Source: a virus (lineage: Duplodnaviria > Caudoviricetes). From it: a DNA stretch of 45,408 bases. The position numbers and the translations under genes are program-made. This document shows, in pieces, positions 9,767-19,234 of this stretch (within the stretch, counting starts at the first letter, position 1; every line of letters starts with the position of its first letter). The notes under the pieces are model-generated. The model made no database searches, had not been told where the DNA came from, and saw only the letters and a program-made list of their open reading frames with translations. The stretch spans positions 1 through 45,408 of the IMG/VR virus record IMGVR_UViG_3300048578_000324. One strand, given 5' to 3'.

Positions 9767-10312
9767 TCAGGCCTCGGAGCCGCCCGCCTTGGCGGAGCCG
9801 GACACCGTTGCCGGAAGGTCGTACTGTTCGGGGGTGGGCAGCGGCACGTTGGCCGGCCAGCGGATGCCCGCGACCTTGTCGAGTGGGATGTCCATGACGC
9901 AGACGGAGTCGGACTGGTTGGCACCGAGCGCCTTGACCATCCCGGTCTTGGGGTCGTAGCCGACGATCTGGAAGACGTGGCCGCCGACCAACTTGCCGGC
10001 CGAGTTGTAGCGCTTCTTCACGCCGATGGCGCCGAGCGCCGGCTTGGTCAGCTTGACGCCGTACTTGAGGTAGTCCAGCGCCCAGAGCGTGCCCTTGCGG
10101 TTCGCATCCAGCTGGGCCGGGAGGCCGGCGGAGATGAGCCACGCGTCCATCGCGGCGGCGCACCACGCGGTCTCGTCGTCCTTGACCTCGGGGTGGCCGG
10201 CGATGCGGAAGATATCGAGGACGCGTTGGTTGTGCTTGTGGCCGGCGATCTCGTGGATGCCGAGGTCACCATAGGCGACCACGGTCCAGATGGGGCGGAT
10301 GTCCTGCTTCAT
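9767..10312 (-). CDS. TIGR02594-like cysteine peptidase (NlpC/P60-CHAP-like), putative endolysin
   Basis: DDETAWCAA (Cys), GHVFQIVG (His), LGANQSDSV; ATGA overlap with the upstream stop. Confidence 0.8.
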   Translation of the reverse strand: MKQDIRPIWTVVAYGDLGIHEIAGHKHNQRVLDIFRIAGHPEVKDDETAWCAAAMDAWLISAGLPAQLDANRKGTLWALDYLKYGVKLTKPALGAIGVKKRYNSAGKLVGGHVFQIVGYDPKTGMVKALGANQSDSVCVMDIPLDKVAGIRWPANVPLPTPEQYDLPATVSGSAKAGGSEA

Positions 10313-13300
10313 GTTGCTTTCTTGTCGCGGCTGCCGGTCATCTCGGCGTGCCAATTCTCATACGAGAGGGGGAACCACAGGCCGAAGCGAGCGGCGTTGT
10401 CGTGGACCCAGCGGACCACTTCAGGCGGAGCCTTGGCCAACGAGTTGCCGTTCCAGCCCAGGTCCACAGCCTCGCCGTGGTTGTGCTTGGAGCGGCCGGG
10501 CGGTGCGACCCACTTGCCGCTCTTGTCGCTGGCGGCGTACAGCTCGGCCTGACGCCGGCTATCGCGGAAGCCCGAGTAGACGCCAAGCCCGTCCTTGATG
10601 GCCGGAGGGGCGTCATTGATCAGGGCGGCCACGCGGTTGGTCAGCTCCGGGTCCATCCTGGCGATGGCCTCACGCGGGTGGTGCGTCCTTGCGGCAAGGA
10701 AGTCCACCGCGTTGCCACCCGTGAAGGTGACGTACGGGCCGGGCCGGATCGGGGTGCCCATGGAGACGAACTCAATGGGCTTCTGCGAGTACGGCTGCGT
10801 GTTGGTGCCATCGGCGTTGTCGCGCTCGGCGGCAATGTCGAAGCGACCCTCGGGGGCGCCAACAAAGGCTCCACCCGTGTCATGCACCACGGCCGGCACG
10901 TTGCGGAGCGTGACGGGTTGCCCGCCGATGTTGGCGGTGATCTCGCGGATGACATAGCGCCGGCCGTAATAGGTCGGGCTGCCGGCGAGGGTCACGTAGG
11001 GGCTGCGCCCTTCAACGTAGTCCTGGATTGTCGACACGCGGGTGTTGCCATCCGGGCCTGGGCGGGATGCCGCGTAACCTCCCTCCATCCTGTCTCCACC
11101 CTTCATGGGCGAGTAGGCGGAGGCGATGCCGGTTAGCGGCCGCCCCTGCGGTTGAGACACCTGCCCGGCTGTCAGGGCCGCCTGGGCAGCTTCCTGGCCT
11201 AACAGCTCGGGCAGGTTATCCCGCAACTGGGTAGCCACCTCATCCGGGGTGAGCATCGCCAGCTGCATCCCATCGGCAAGGTCGAACGCGGGCGCCACAT
11301 CGCTCATGACCACCGGGGCCTGAGTATCTGCCGCGCTCTGCTTGCCGGGGACCGGTTGTGCGGAAGGGGTTGGTTGGCCGGGAGGCGGAGCCATGCGGTC
11401 CTTCTCCATGGCGTTGCGCTGCTTGCGCCACAGCCAGATGGAGAACGAGTTGGTGTCGGCACCGCGCTGCCGCGCCACGTCCTCCATCATCCGCTTCTCG
11501 GCGGGCGTCATGCCCTGCATCCACGTGTTGAAGGCCTCCTTCTCCTGCGGGTCGGTGATCGGCAGGTTGGGCGGCGTGGATGGCTTGACGGGCGGCGTAG
11601 GGACGCCCTGAGGCTGCGGCGGAAGGCGCTCCCCAGGCCCAGCCGGGCCGTCGGTAACCACGGGCATATCAGCCCTGGTTTCCGGGTTGGCCTTCTGAAG
11701 CTCGGTAGTCGGAGCAACGATGTTGGACGGCGGGTTGGCTCCCTCACCGGGGGCGGCGGGAACATGCCCCGGCTGCCCCACCGAGGGGTTGGCCACAATG
11801 CTCTTGATCCACAGGGTGCCGATGTCCGAGATGGCCTTCTGGCGCTCCAGGATGGTGGCCTTGGGGTTGTCCATCATCCACTGGAGAACCTGCCGCCGGA
11901 AGCCTCCGACCGCCTTCAGGCCCTCGTTGGTCAGGCCTGCCCCCTCCGGACCGAAGATGATCTCTCCGTTCTGCGGGGCGCGGCTGGTGCGGGACTTGAT
12001 GGTGTTCATCACGTCCACGAAGGCAGGGTCTTGCTGGACCTTGGCGTACTCGTCCTGCTTCTGCTTGACGTTGTCGCCCAGCGTCATCAGGCTCTTGATG
12101 TCGTCGCCATTGCGGATGATGCCGAGGCCGATGCCCTGCTTGATCGCGTCCATGGCGTCGGCGCCGCCGAGTAGCTGCTGCTCGATCTCGAACAGGCCCT
12201 TGGGGTCAGACGCCTCCTTGGAGTCGCGGACCTCCTTCAGGGTCTTGCGGTCGCGGATCATGTCCATCTGGGCGGACGGGTCCAGCTCGCCGAGGCGGCC
12301 GAACTTCTTGGGGTCCAGAGTGGCGTCGGGGTCGGCGAAGAGCTGGCGCAGGAGGTCGGTCTTTAGGCCACGGGCCTCCTCGATCCGCTTCTTGTCGGCC
12401 AGCTCGCGGAGCCGCAGCTGCTTGGTGTAGGCCGTGTTCTCGATGGTCTTCTTGGCCTGCTCGTAGGCCGCCCCGCCCTCCACCGTGTCGCGCCACTTGA
12501 CCTTGGTGCCGGGCTTGACCGTGTCGAAGAAGCCCAACACCTTCTCCGCCATTGCCGGGTCCTCCTGGCTGATGGCGAACTCGGTGACCTTCTTCAGCAG
12601 CCCCTCGTCAAACTTCTGGAGCTGCGCAGGGCTGGCGCCGAACGCGGCGAAGTTGGCCCGGCTGCCGTTCCATTTGGCGTTCTGCTCGTCCCAGTTGACG
12701 CGGGAGGCGTCCGTGGCGGCGGTCAGCGCGAGGTTGTTCTGGGAGGCCGCTGTCCCGATCGAGGCGTCCTGCGACTTCTCAACGATGGAGTCGTGGGCAT
12801 CCTTCATGTGCCGCGTCTGGACGATGTCGCGGAAGCGGTTCAGCTCCGGCAGGAAGGTGCGGAGGACGTATGGGGCATCCTTGCCGTACTTCTCCTGCAC
12901 CGCCGTCAGCTTCTCCTGGGCGTACTGCGTCCAGAAGGCGTTGAAGCTGTCGGGGTTCGGGTCGTCCTTCTTGTCCCACGTCAGGTAGCGCTGCTCGAAG
13001 TCCAGGGGCAGCTCGGACCCCATCGACGTTCCTGCCGCCCCGAGGTAGCCCCGGTTGTAGCGGTAGGGGTCGGCGAAGATCGGGATCGCGCCCTGCTCCT
13101 GGGCGGCCTTGTAGCCGTCCTTGTTGCCCAGGGCGAAGTCCATCTGGCCCTGAAGCTCCTGCTTCTCGCGCTCCTCCGACTGCCGCTTGGCGATCACGCC
13201 GGAGATGGACTGGTCGAGGTCGCCGAGAGAGCGGGCGAGGTCATGGAGTGGCGAAGGGGCCGGATCGGCGGGTCGGACGTAGGAGGCGACCGGCGCCGCG

Positions 13301-13353
13301 ACCGGCTGGAGGTTGTCCTGAAGCTCAATGTCGCGGGGCCGAAAGCGGGCCAT
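10309..13353 (-). CDS. Internal virion protein (gp15-like) with C-terminal 3D/RlpA-like and peptidase M15 domains
   Basis: Synteny after gp14; ASAYS..VHDTGGAF..RFDIA; SGFR..Q..APPGRSKHNHGEAVD..ENWH. Confidence 0.8.
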   Translation of the reverse strand: MARFRPRDIELQDNLQPVAAPVASYVRPADPAPSPLHDLARSLGDLDQSISGVIAKRQSEEREKQELQGQMDFALGNKDGYKAAQEQGAIPIFADPYRYNRGYLGAAGTSMGSELPLDFEQRYLTWDKKDDPNPDSFNAFWTQYAQEKLTAVQEKYGKDAPYVLRTFLPELNRFRDIVQTRHMKDAHDSIVEKSQDASIGTAASQNNLALTAATDASRVNWDEQNAKWNGSRANFAAFGASPAQLQKFDEGLLKKVTEFAISQEDPAMAEKVLGFFDTVKPGTKVKWRDTVEGGAAYEQAKKTIENTAYTKQLRLRELADKKRIEEARGLKTDLLRQLFADPDATLDPKKFGRLGELDPSAQMDMIRDRKTLKEVRDSKEASDPKGLFEIEQQLLGGADAMDAIKQGIGLGIIRNGDDIKSLMTLGDNVKQKQDEYAKVQQDPAFVDVMNTIKSRTSRAPQNGEIIFGPEGAGLTNEGLKAVGGFRRQVLQWMMDNPKATILERQKAISDIGTLWIKSIVANPSVGQPGHVPAAPGEGANPPSNIVAPTTELQKANPETRADMPVVTDGPAGPGERLPPQPQGVPTPPVKPSTPPNLPITDPQEKEAFNTWMQGMTPAEKRMMEDVARQRGADTNSFSIWLWRKQRNAMEKDRMAPPPGQPTPSAQPVPGKQSAADTQAPVVMSDVAPAFDLADGMQLAMLTPDEVATQLRDNLPELLGQEAAQAALTAGQVSQPQGRPLTGIASAYSPMKGGDRMEGGYAASRPGPDGNTRVSTIQDYVEGRSPYVTLAGSPTYYGRRYVIREITANIGGQPVTLRNVPAVVHDTGGAFVGAPEGRFDIAAERDNADGTNTQPYSQKPIEFVSMGTPIRPGPYVTFTGGNAVDFLAARTHHPREAIARMDPELTNRVAALINDAPPAIKDGLGVYSGFRDSRRQAELYAASDKSGKWVAPPGRSKHNHGEAVDLGWNGNSLAKAPPEVVRWVHDNAARFGLWFPLSYENWHAEMTGSRDKKAT

Positions 13354-13364
13354 GCGCGGTCTCC

Positions 13365-13865
13365 TTAAGCGGTGCCGAAGGCCTTCACGCCCGCGCCGAG
13401 CACGCCCACCGCAAGGCTGAAGCCAGACGGCGAGACGGGGCGGGCCACCGAGTTGATGCGGTTGAGGGCCGTGGTGTTCGTGGCGTCCTTCTCCTTCTGG
13501 AGTTGCGCCACCTTCATCTTTAGGTTCTGCTCGATGCCTGCCCGGTTGGTTCCGGCGGCCATGCCCTGGTCCTGGACTAGGGCGTCAATCGAGAGGCCCG
13601 ACACATAGTCGGCGCCAGCAACCACTTCTGCCTTGTTCTTGGCTTCCTCCACGAGGGAGGTGTGGAGCTTCTGGCTTGTCGCCTGCTCCTCCTGCACTTG
13701 GCGGATAGTCAGCTGGTTCTGGTCGTCGCGTGCCGAGGCCAGGGCGTTCAGATAGTTCTGCTTCCACTGCTCAGCCTTGGCGTTGTAATCCGCCTGGGCT
13801 GCCGCGAAGGATGCGACCGACTGAAGCGCCCCGACCATTGCCCCTACGATAGGGGAGAAGCACAT
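13365..13865 (-). CDS. Internal virion protein B (gp14-like)
   Basis: MC N-terminus, Ala/Gln-rich helical sequence, synteny. Confidence 0.8.
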   Translation of the reverse strand: MCFSPIVGAMVGALQSVASFAAAQADYNAKAEQWKQNYLNALASARDDQNQLTIRQVQEEQATSQKLHTSLVEEAKNKAEVVAGADYVSGLSIDALVQDQGMAAGTNRAGIEQNLKMKVAQLQKEKDATNTTALNRINSVARPVSPSGFSLAVGVLGAGVKAFGTA

Positions 13866-14347
13866 AGGTCCTGCTTCCTGGAGAAAGCGAGGTAGATGGC
13901 ACCCTCCGGCCCGAGGGCCAGCGGCTCAGGCTCTTTGTCGTAGCCGAGCCAGTCCATCCACGTGTGGTGCAGGGTGTTCTCGGCAAGGGAGAACGCGATG
14001 GTCGTCTCGAAGAGACCGTCGATGATGTCCAACTGGTCGTCCAGCTGCCTGTGCAGCGACAAGGCGTGGGGGACGGCCTCCTTGGCCGCGATGAGCCACG
14101 TCTGGCCATGGTCGGACCAGCAGTCCTCGTCGTAGTCCCAGAGCCGGTCGACGCCCCAGATGCAGAGGCAGCGCCCTTCCGGGTCAAGGGCAGCTCGGCA
14201 ATACTCGGCGTGTTCCACGCAGTAGCCCAGGTGCTCGGCCAGGGGGATACCCAGTGAAAGTTCCCACTCGCGGCGGTCTTCATCGCGGCAGTGCTCCACC
14301 ATGTAGGCGACATGCTGGGCGGTTGGGCGGACAACATCGATCTTCAT
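13844..14347 (-). CDS. Internal virion protein A (gp13-like, acetyltransferase-like fold)
   Basis: CRDEDRREW, CIWGV, ENTLHHTWMDWLGY; synteny after tail tube B. Confidence 0.75.
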   Translation of the reverse strand: MKIDVVRPTAQHVAYMVEHCRDEDRREWELSLGIPLAEHLGYCVEHAEYCRAALDPEGRCLCIWGVDRLWDYDEDCWSDHGQTWLIAAKEAVPHALSLHRQLDDQLDIIDGLFETTIAFSLAENTLHHTWMDWLGYDKEPEPLALGPEGAIYLAFSRKQDLCASPLS

Positions 14348-14348
14348 G

Positions 14349-16877
14349 CTAGGCTCCCGGTCGGCTATGGCTGGCTGTGATGATCTCGTAGACGAGGCTC
14401 TGCCACGCGCTGGGCAGGTGGCTGTCGTTGATGAGACGCAGCGTCACCTTGTCGGCCGGTAGTCCAACTGGTACCCGCAAAGTGCCCTCCGCGATGACCG
14501 GCCCTCCTGTCTCGGAGCCTGCGCCCTCGGCGGTGCGTCCCACCATTTCCTTGGTCTTGATCTTGCCGTTCTCGTTGGCGACCTCTACCCGGAAGTAGGC
14601 GGAGGTCCCGTAGTTGACCAGCAAGTTGGCCACGGTCAGGTTGTCGTGAACGACGACGCCAGAGTCATTGCGGTCGTAGAACCGGGACTCCAGACGTTCG
14701 GCACTGATGCGATATCCGAGGTAGAAGCTCTCCCCTGTTAGGTCCCCCTGGCAGGTCACCGTGTCGGCGCCGACCTGGGTCCAAAGATGCACCTCGCCCC
14801 GCTCGAAGTTGTCGCTTCGGGTGCGCTGCACGATGCGAAGGGCCGCCGCGTCAGCCCCAAGGCTGTAGGGCAGCTGAATGGTTGTCCTGTCGGTTGCCGG
14901 GTCGTAGGCCAGCGAGCACGCGGCCTCAGCCACGCGGCAATCAAGCCGGGTGCTGTATGCCTCGCCTGGGTCCTTGAGCTGGGGCGTCATGTCCCACGAG
15001 ACGATCTCCACGTCCGCCCCGTGTTGCAGGGCTGCGTAGAGCTTCGCCTTGTAGAAGCTGCACCAGAGGACGCTGCGGTCCGAGGGGAGCCGCCAGATGT
15101 TCCAGGCCGACTGCGCTCGCTGCACCGCCCCGTCCTGGCTCCCCGAGCTGGAGAACAGCCAGTTGTAGAGGTAGAGCCGGCCCTTGTGGCCATCCGTCTG
15201 GAGCACCATGTGGCGCAGCGTGTCGCTGGCTGTCAGAATGCGGGTGCCGGCCGGGATGAGCTTGGAGACGTGCTCCGTGACATCCGTGTCGCCGGCAACC
15301 TTCCCGCTCTGGAACATCAGGTCGCGGACGGAGACGTAGGCTCCCGCCTCGGTCGGGAAGTAGACGGAGGAGCCGGTTGCGCAGGGGCGGCATGCCTCAA
15401 CGAACTCGTAGAAGGTGCTCGGAGGCGTGTCGACGGTGTCGAACTTGAAGGGGTCCTGCCCCGAGGTGACCCGGTACTGGACGCCGGGCGCCCACAGATA
15501 CAGAGTCTCCAGCGCCTGGACTGCCTTGCGCAGGAGCGCCACGCGCTGCCCGCCTCCCACCTCCACGTCGATTGGCTGATCAGCCAGCCCGGTCTGCATC
15601 GTGTCGCGGAAGAACGTGTAGTAGAAGCGCTTCTTGCTCCACACGGCGGTGCCTTCGGTGAGGATGGCGAGCCGGTTGTGATCCACGAACAGGTCTTGGA
15701 CGGAGGTGCCGATGAAGGACGGATCGGGGCAACTCTCCTCGTCACCGGCAATCCTGGTCGACCACGAGGGCTTCGTCAGGGTGAAGGCGCGGAAGGCGGT
15801 GTTGGTGAGGACGTGTGGCATTGTGGATGGGTCGATGGTGGTCTTGACCCCCTCGGCCGCACACTCCTCCCAATACCCGTTGGAGGCCGACTTGCCCTTG
15901 AACTGGACGTAGTAGTCGTCGTCCTTCGTGTTGTCGGTGCCACGCACCTTCAGCAGGAAGCCGTCGAAGCCGTTCTTCGGTAGGTCGGAGAACGCGGCGC
16001 AGTTGTCCTTAAAAGACCGCAGGTGGGCATCACCCTGCCCGTCGGCCGTATCGATGGAGAAGTCGTTCTGGTCACTGCCCCGCCAGATGCGGAGGAGGTT
16101 GCCTTTTATCTCCACGGAGAAGCCGAGGGTGCGGATATCCGTCGTACCGACGATGGTTCCGCTTCCACCTGTCGTGGCCGCCCCGACGCCGGCATTATCG
16201 GACGTGGTGGTAGACCCAGAGTCGGCCGTGCCCAGCGTGGGTGCCACACCGCCGGTCATCGCCTTATAGAAGGCCGCCGCGAGGTGGTTGGTCGTGATGT
16301 ACGCCGCATTGCCGGCCGTCGAGTTGTCGGGGGTGGTGTAGGTCCAGCGGTAGACCTTGCCACCATACGTGATGGCCAGCTGGTAGGTGACGCAGTAGCC
16401 CCCAGCCTTGAAATAGATCAGGGCCTCGGGTGGACGGGACAGCGACAGGTCGGACTTCATGGCCGGAAGGCGGACCTTCGAGGCCAGGAACGTCGTGTCG
16501 TTCAGCGTGGCGTGGCAGAAGTTGTCGCGTGGATTGCCGCCGTCGTAGCCGAGGTAGGGCGCCGCCTCCGTGTCGACCGTCACGGTGCAGTCGGAGCCAT
16601 CCTCCAGGTCCAGGACCCGAAGCGACCCGGCGTTGACCACCGAAAGGTAGTGCTCGGAGGTGCCGCGTTCGATCTCCGCGAAGTAGGCCTTCTGCCAGTC
16701 CTGGAGGGGGATGCGCCGCAGCAGCTCGTAGCCCGGCCGAGGAATGCAGCCCTCCAGCGTGGAGTTGATGCAGTCGAACTGCTCTTCCGCCTGAGTCGGG
16801 CGGCGCTGCATGGCCGCCTGCTGGCTGATACCCTGGATGAGGTTCGGTACGGGCCGACCCACCAGTTCGTCGCTCAT
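14349..16877 (-). CDS. Tail tubular protein B (gp12)
   Basis: PNLIQGISQQ N-terminus, PSFIG, QSAW motifs; 842 aa. Confidence 0.95.
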   Translation of the reverse strand: MSDELVGRPVPNLIQGISQQAAMQRRPTQAEEQFDCINSTLEGCIPRPGYELLRRIPLQDWQKAYFAEIERGTSEHYLSVVNAGSLRVLDLEDGSDCTVTVDTEAAPYLGYDGGNPRDNFCHATLNDTTFLASKVRLPAMKSDLSLSRPPEALIYFKAGGYCVTYQLAITYGGKVYRWTYTTPDNSTAGNAAYITTNHLAAAFYKAMTGGVAPTLGTADSGSTTTSDNAGVGAATTGGSGTIVGTTDIRTLGFSVEIKGNLLRIWRGSDQNDFSIDTADGQGDAHLRSFKDNCAAFSDLPKNGFDGFLLKVRGTDNTKDDDYYVQFKGKSASNGYWEECAAEGVKTTIDPSTMPHVLTNTAFRAFTLTKPSWSTRIAGDEESCPDPSFIGTSVQDLFVDHNRLAILTEGTAVWSKKRFYYTFFRDTMQTGLADQPIDVEVGGGQRVALLRKAVQALETLYLWAPGVQYRVTSGQDPFKFDTVDTPPSTFYEFVEACRPCATGSSVYFPTEAGAYVSVRDLMFQSGKVAGDTDVTEHVSKLIPAGTRILTASDTLRHMVLQTDGHKGRLYLYNWLFSSSGSQDGAVQRAQSAWNIWRLPSDRSVLWCSFYKAKLYAALQHGADVEIVSWDMTPQLKDPGEAYSTRLDCRVAEAACSLAYDPATDRTTIQLPYSLGADAAALRIVQRTRSDNFERGEVHLWTQVGADTVTCQGDLTGESFYLGYRISAERLESRFYDRNDSGVVVHDNLTVANLLVNYGTSAYFRVEVANENGKIKTKEMVGRTAEGAGSETGGPVIAEGTLRVPVGLPADKVTLRLINDSHLPSAWQSLVYEIITASHSRPGA

Positions 16878-16879
16878 GT

Positions 16880-17476
16880 CTACCTCTGGAAGCGGTTGCG
16901 TCGCGCCTGGGCGAATGCGTTCTGGAGGCCCATGCCTCCCTGCTCCATCTCGGCCTGCTCATAGGCGAGCCGCGCCGCTTCGAGCTTGGCCTGGGAGAAC
17001 CGATAGGCCTGCCCAGACTGGATGCGGTTGCCAACGAACGTCAGGCCGGCGCTGTTGAAGATGTAGCTCCGCATCGCCTGGGGCATCTCATCCCAGTCCA
17101 GGCCGATGGTCAGGTCGCCGTAGACCGTCTTGTCGAACTTGTAGGTGTGGCCCTTGCGGTCGTAGAGCCGCAGGCCGCGCTGCACCACGTCGAGTGCCCC
17201 CGACCTCGGGCTGAGGCGGAACTTGATGGTGTTGGCCGGAAGGGCAACGGTGCCATCCTCACCCGGCACCAGCGGGTAGTCCGTCTCGACGTTGGACGAG
17301 ATGCCCTCGCCGAGCTGGATGGACATGGAGGCGTCGTTGAGGGCGATGAACGCCTGCCCGACGTTGGTGTCATAGTTGATGTCGTCCAGGCTATCGACGG
17401 CATCGACCGCGATGGCGGCCAGCATTAGGTTGATGGCCTGGAGGAGGGTCGTGGGTGTGGTCTGGAGGTCGGTCAT
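16880..17476 (-). CDS. Tail tubular protein A (gp11)
   Basis: LQAINLMLAAI, QRGLRLYD, WDEMPQ; AAGGAG RBS before the ATG at 17476. Confidence 0.93.
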   Translation of the reverse strand: MTDLQTTPTTLLQAINLMLAAIAVDAVDSLDDINYDTNVGQAFIALNDASMSIQLGEGISSNVETDYPLVPGEDGTVALPANTIKFRLSPRSGALDVVQRGLRLYDRKGHTYKFDKTVYGDLTIGLDWDEMPQAMRSYIFNSAGLTFVGNRIQSGQAYRFSQAKLEAARLAYEQAEMEQGGMGLQNAFAQARRNRFQR

Positions 17477-17560
17477 GGGGTCTCCTTGGGTGCTTGCCTG
17501 AAGTTGCCACCCGGCAGGCTGCGGAGGTGGCGGGTGGTCCACCTCGCTCAGGCAAGCGCC

Positions 17561-17597
17561 AAAAGAGGCCCCCGGCGGTTAGGCCGAGGGTCCCTTT
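17561..17597 (-). terminator. Intrinsic terminator after the capsid gene (T-phi position)
   Basis: CCCTCGGC-CTAACC-GCCGGGGG hairpin followed by CCTCTTTT. Confidence 0.8.
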
Positions 17598-17618
17598 CGT
17601 CAGTCCTGCATCAGTGCC

Positions 17619-18587
17619 TCAGGAGCGGGCCGCGCTGGCCAGCTCGAAGGAGCACTCGGGGCGGAGGACGCCGCCGCCGTGCAACTGGGAGGCGATCAGC
17701 AGCGTGCCGAGGCGCGTCGGGGCCTTGACCACACTGACGCTCGGCGCCTTGCGCTCCAGCACGCCGACCGCCATCTCGGTGCCGATGTGGCCGACCGTCG
17801 TGCGGAAGTCGCCCTGGTACTTGGACGGGCCGGTGATGACGTTCGTGCTCGGCATGAAGTTGGTCGGCTTGGTGCTGATGCCCGCGAACGGCATCATCTC
17901 GCCCGTGCGGCGACCGTCCTGGGTGAACGGAGCCGCAGCGGTGAGGCCGGCCGGGTTGGAGCCCTGGAAGCCCGAGTAGCGAGCGCAGAGGAGGTACTGC
18001 GCCCACTTCAGACGGGCCTGGAGGGTGCCACCCACGTCGCGCGTCTTGATGTACTCCTTGGCGGCGAAGTAGGCGTTCTCGATGGCGTTCGGGTCGGTCG
18101 CCATGGCGGCGTTCCAGGCGTATCCCGGCACCGGGCCGCCCGTGTACGGCGGGGTGGTGACACGCGAGGCCAGGATGTGCAGCTGCGCCACGCGCTGGCA
18201 GAACACGGTGGCCAGGGACTCGGCCAGCTGACGGGCGTAGGGGCCACGCAGCTCGAAGTGGCTGATCAGCTCGTCGATGTCCGCGATGAACACGGCGTCG
18301 ATCACCTGCTTATCAAGCCCGATCTGGACCGAGTTGCCCTCGATGGTGCCACCCAGCACCTCCTCGCCCGGCTCGTGGTCCGTCGCATCGCGCTTGCGGC
18401 CGATGATCGGGAACTCCTCGGCCTTGCCGGTGGTGATGTTCTTCTGGAAGTAGAACGACTCGTAGTCGTTGGTCTGAGCCCACGCCTCCAGGACCTGGGC
18501 CAGGAACTCGACCGCGAACAGCTGGCGGTCGTCAGCACCGTTGAGCTTGGCGCCGGGACGGGACCGGGCGTCGGTATATGCGCTCAT
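17619..18587 (-). CDS. Major capsid protein (gp10)
   Basis: LFAVEF..V, ITTGKAEEFPIIGR, GGGVLRPEC motifs typical of T7-like capsids. Confidence 0.95.
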   Translation of the reverse strand: MSAYTDARSRPGAKLNGADDRQLFAVEFLAQVLEAWAQTNDYESFYFQKNITTGKAEEFPIIGRKRDATDHEPGEEVLGGTIEGNSVQIGLDKQVIDAVFIADIDELISHFELRGPYARQLAESLATVFCQRVAQLHILASRVTTPPYTGGPVPGYAWNAAMATDPNAIENAYFAAKEYIKTRDVGGTLQARLKWAQYLLCARYSGFQGSNPAGLTAAAPFTQDGRRTGEMMPFAGISTKPTNFMPSTNVITGPSKYQGDFRTTVGHIGTEMAVGVLERKAPSVSVVKAPTRLGTLLIASQLHGGGVLRPECSFELASAARS

Positions 18588-18594
18588 GCGTCAA

Positions 18595-18843
18595 TTATTC
18601 CTTAGGAGAGCCGCACACCTTCGTCCAGGCCGCGTTGTGGGCCTTGATCTGAACGATGGTGTCGGTGGTGTCCTGCCGGCTCCAGCTGATTGGCTTGGCG
18701 GCTCGGCAGTACGAAGTCGCGACGGTCTCAGTCGCGTCGATAAGGGTCGGGTTCGTCGCGCAGCTGGTCAGCGCTAAGGCTGCCACTGTGAGCCCGACTG
18801 TCGGCAGCAGCCTTGTCGGCCGCCGCCACGATGCTGGAGACAT
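18595..18843 (-). CDS. Outer-membrane lipoprotein, o-spanin (Rz1-like)
   Basis: GAGGAGG RBS; basic plus hydrophobic signal ending in lipobox LTSC; two further Cys; overlaps the upstream gene. Confidence 0.75.
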   Translation of the reverse strand: MSPASWRRPTRLLPTVGLTVAALALTSCATNPTLIDATETVATSYCRAAKPISWSRQDTTDTIVQIKAHNAAWTKVCGSPKE

Positions 18844-18967
18844 TGGTGGCTGCCTCCTCAACGGCCTTGCCGTACCCAATGCCCTCGTCCTTGGCGGACT
18901 GGGCGCGGGTCAGCACGAGGTTGATGAGCTTCAGGATGGCGACAACGGCCGCCAGCCATTCGCTCAT
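18728..18967 (-). CDS. i-spanin (Rz-like)
   Basis: N-terminal TM, Ala-rich helix, DPYRRD end; overlaps the lipoprotein gene. Confidence 0.65.
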   Translation of the reverse strand: MSEWLAAVVAILKLINLVLTRAQSAKDEGIGYGKAVEEAATNVSSIVAAADKAAADSRAHSGSLSADQLRDEPDPYRRD

Positions 18968-18970
18968 GGG

Positions 18971-19207
18971 TCAGCCCGCCTTGGCGTCGATGGTGGGATC
19001 GGCGACCACCGCAGCGGCCTCGGACTTGTCGGCGTAGATGACCGTCTTGCCGTCCTTCCACAGCGCCGCCGCGAGGGTCGTGATGATGGTGACGATCACG
19101 CCCTGGACCTCGGGGGTCAGGAAGTCGGTGTACTTCGAGCCGACGATCATGCCCACGAGGGTGACGATGCCGGCGAGGATGGAGGCAATGGCCTTCGAGA
19201 ACGTCAT
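18971..19207 (-). CDS. Putative holin (2 TM)
   Basis: 78 aa, two hydrophobic segments, immediately before the spanin pair. Confidence 0.65.
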   Translation of the reverse strand: MTFSKAIASILAGIVTLVGMIVGSKYTDFLTPEVQGVIVTIITTLAAALWKDGKTVIYADKSEAAAVVADPTIDAKAG

Positions 19208-19234
19208 GCTTGGAACTCCGGTTGGGTGGCGGGC

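Noticed and set aside
17575-17620. Hammerhead-like CTGATG...GAAA after the capsid stop (minus strand)
   Set aside because: The core lacks the conserved A of CUGANGA, stems II and III cannot form properly, and the sequence is explained by the terminator.
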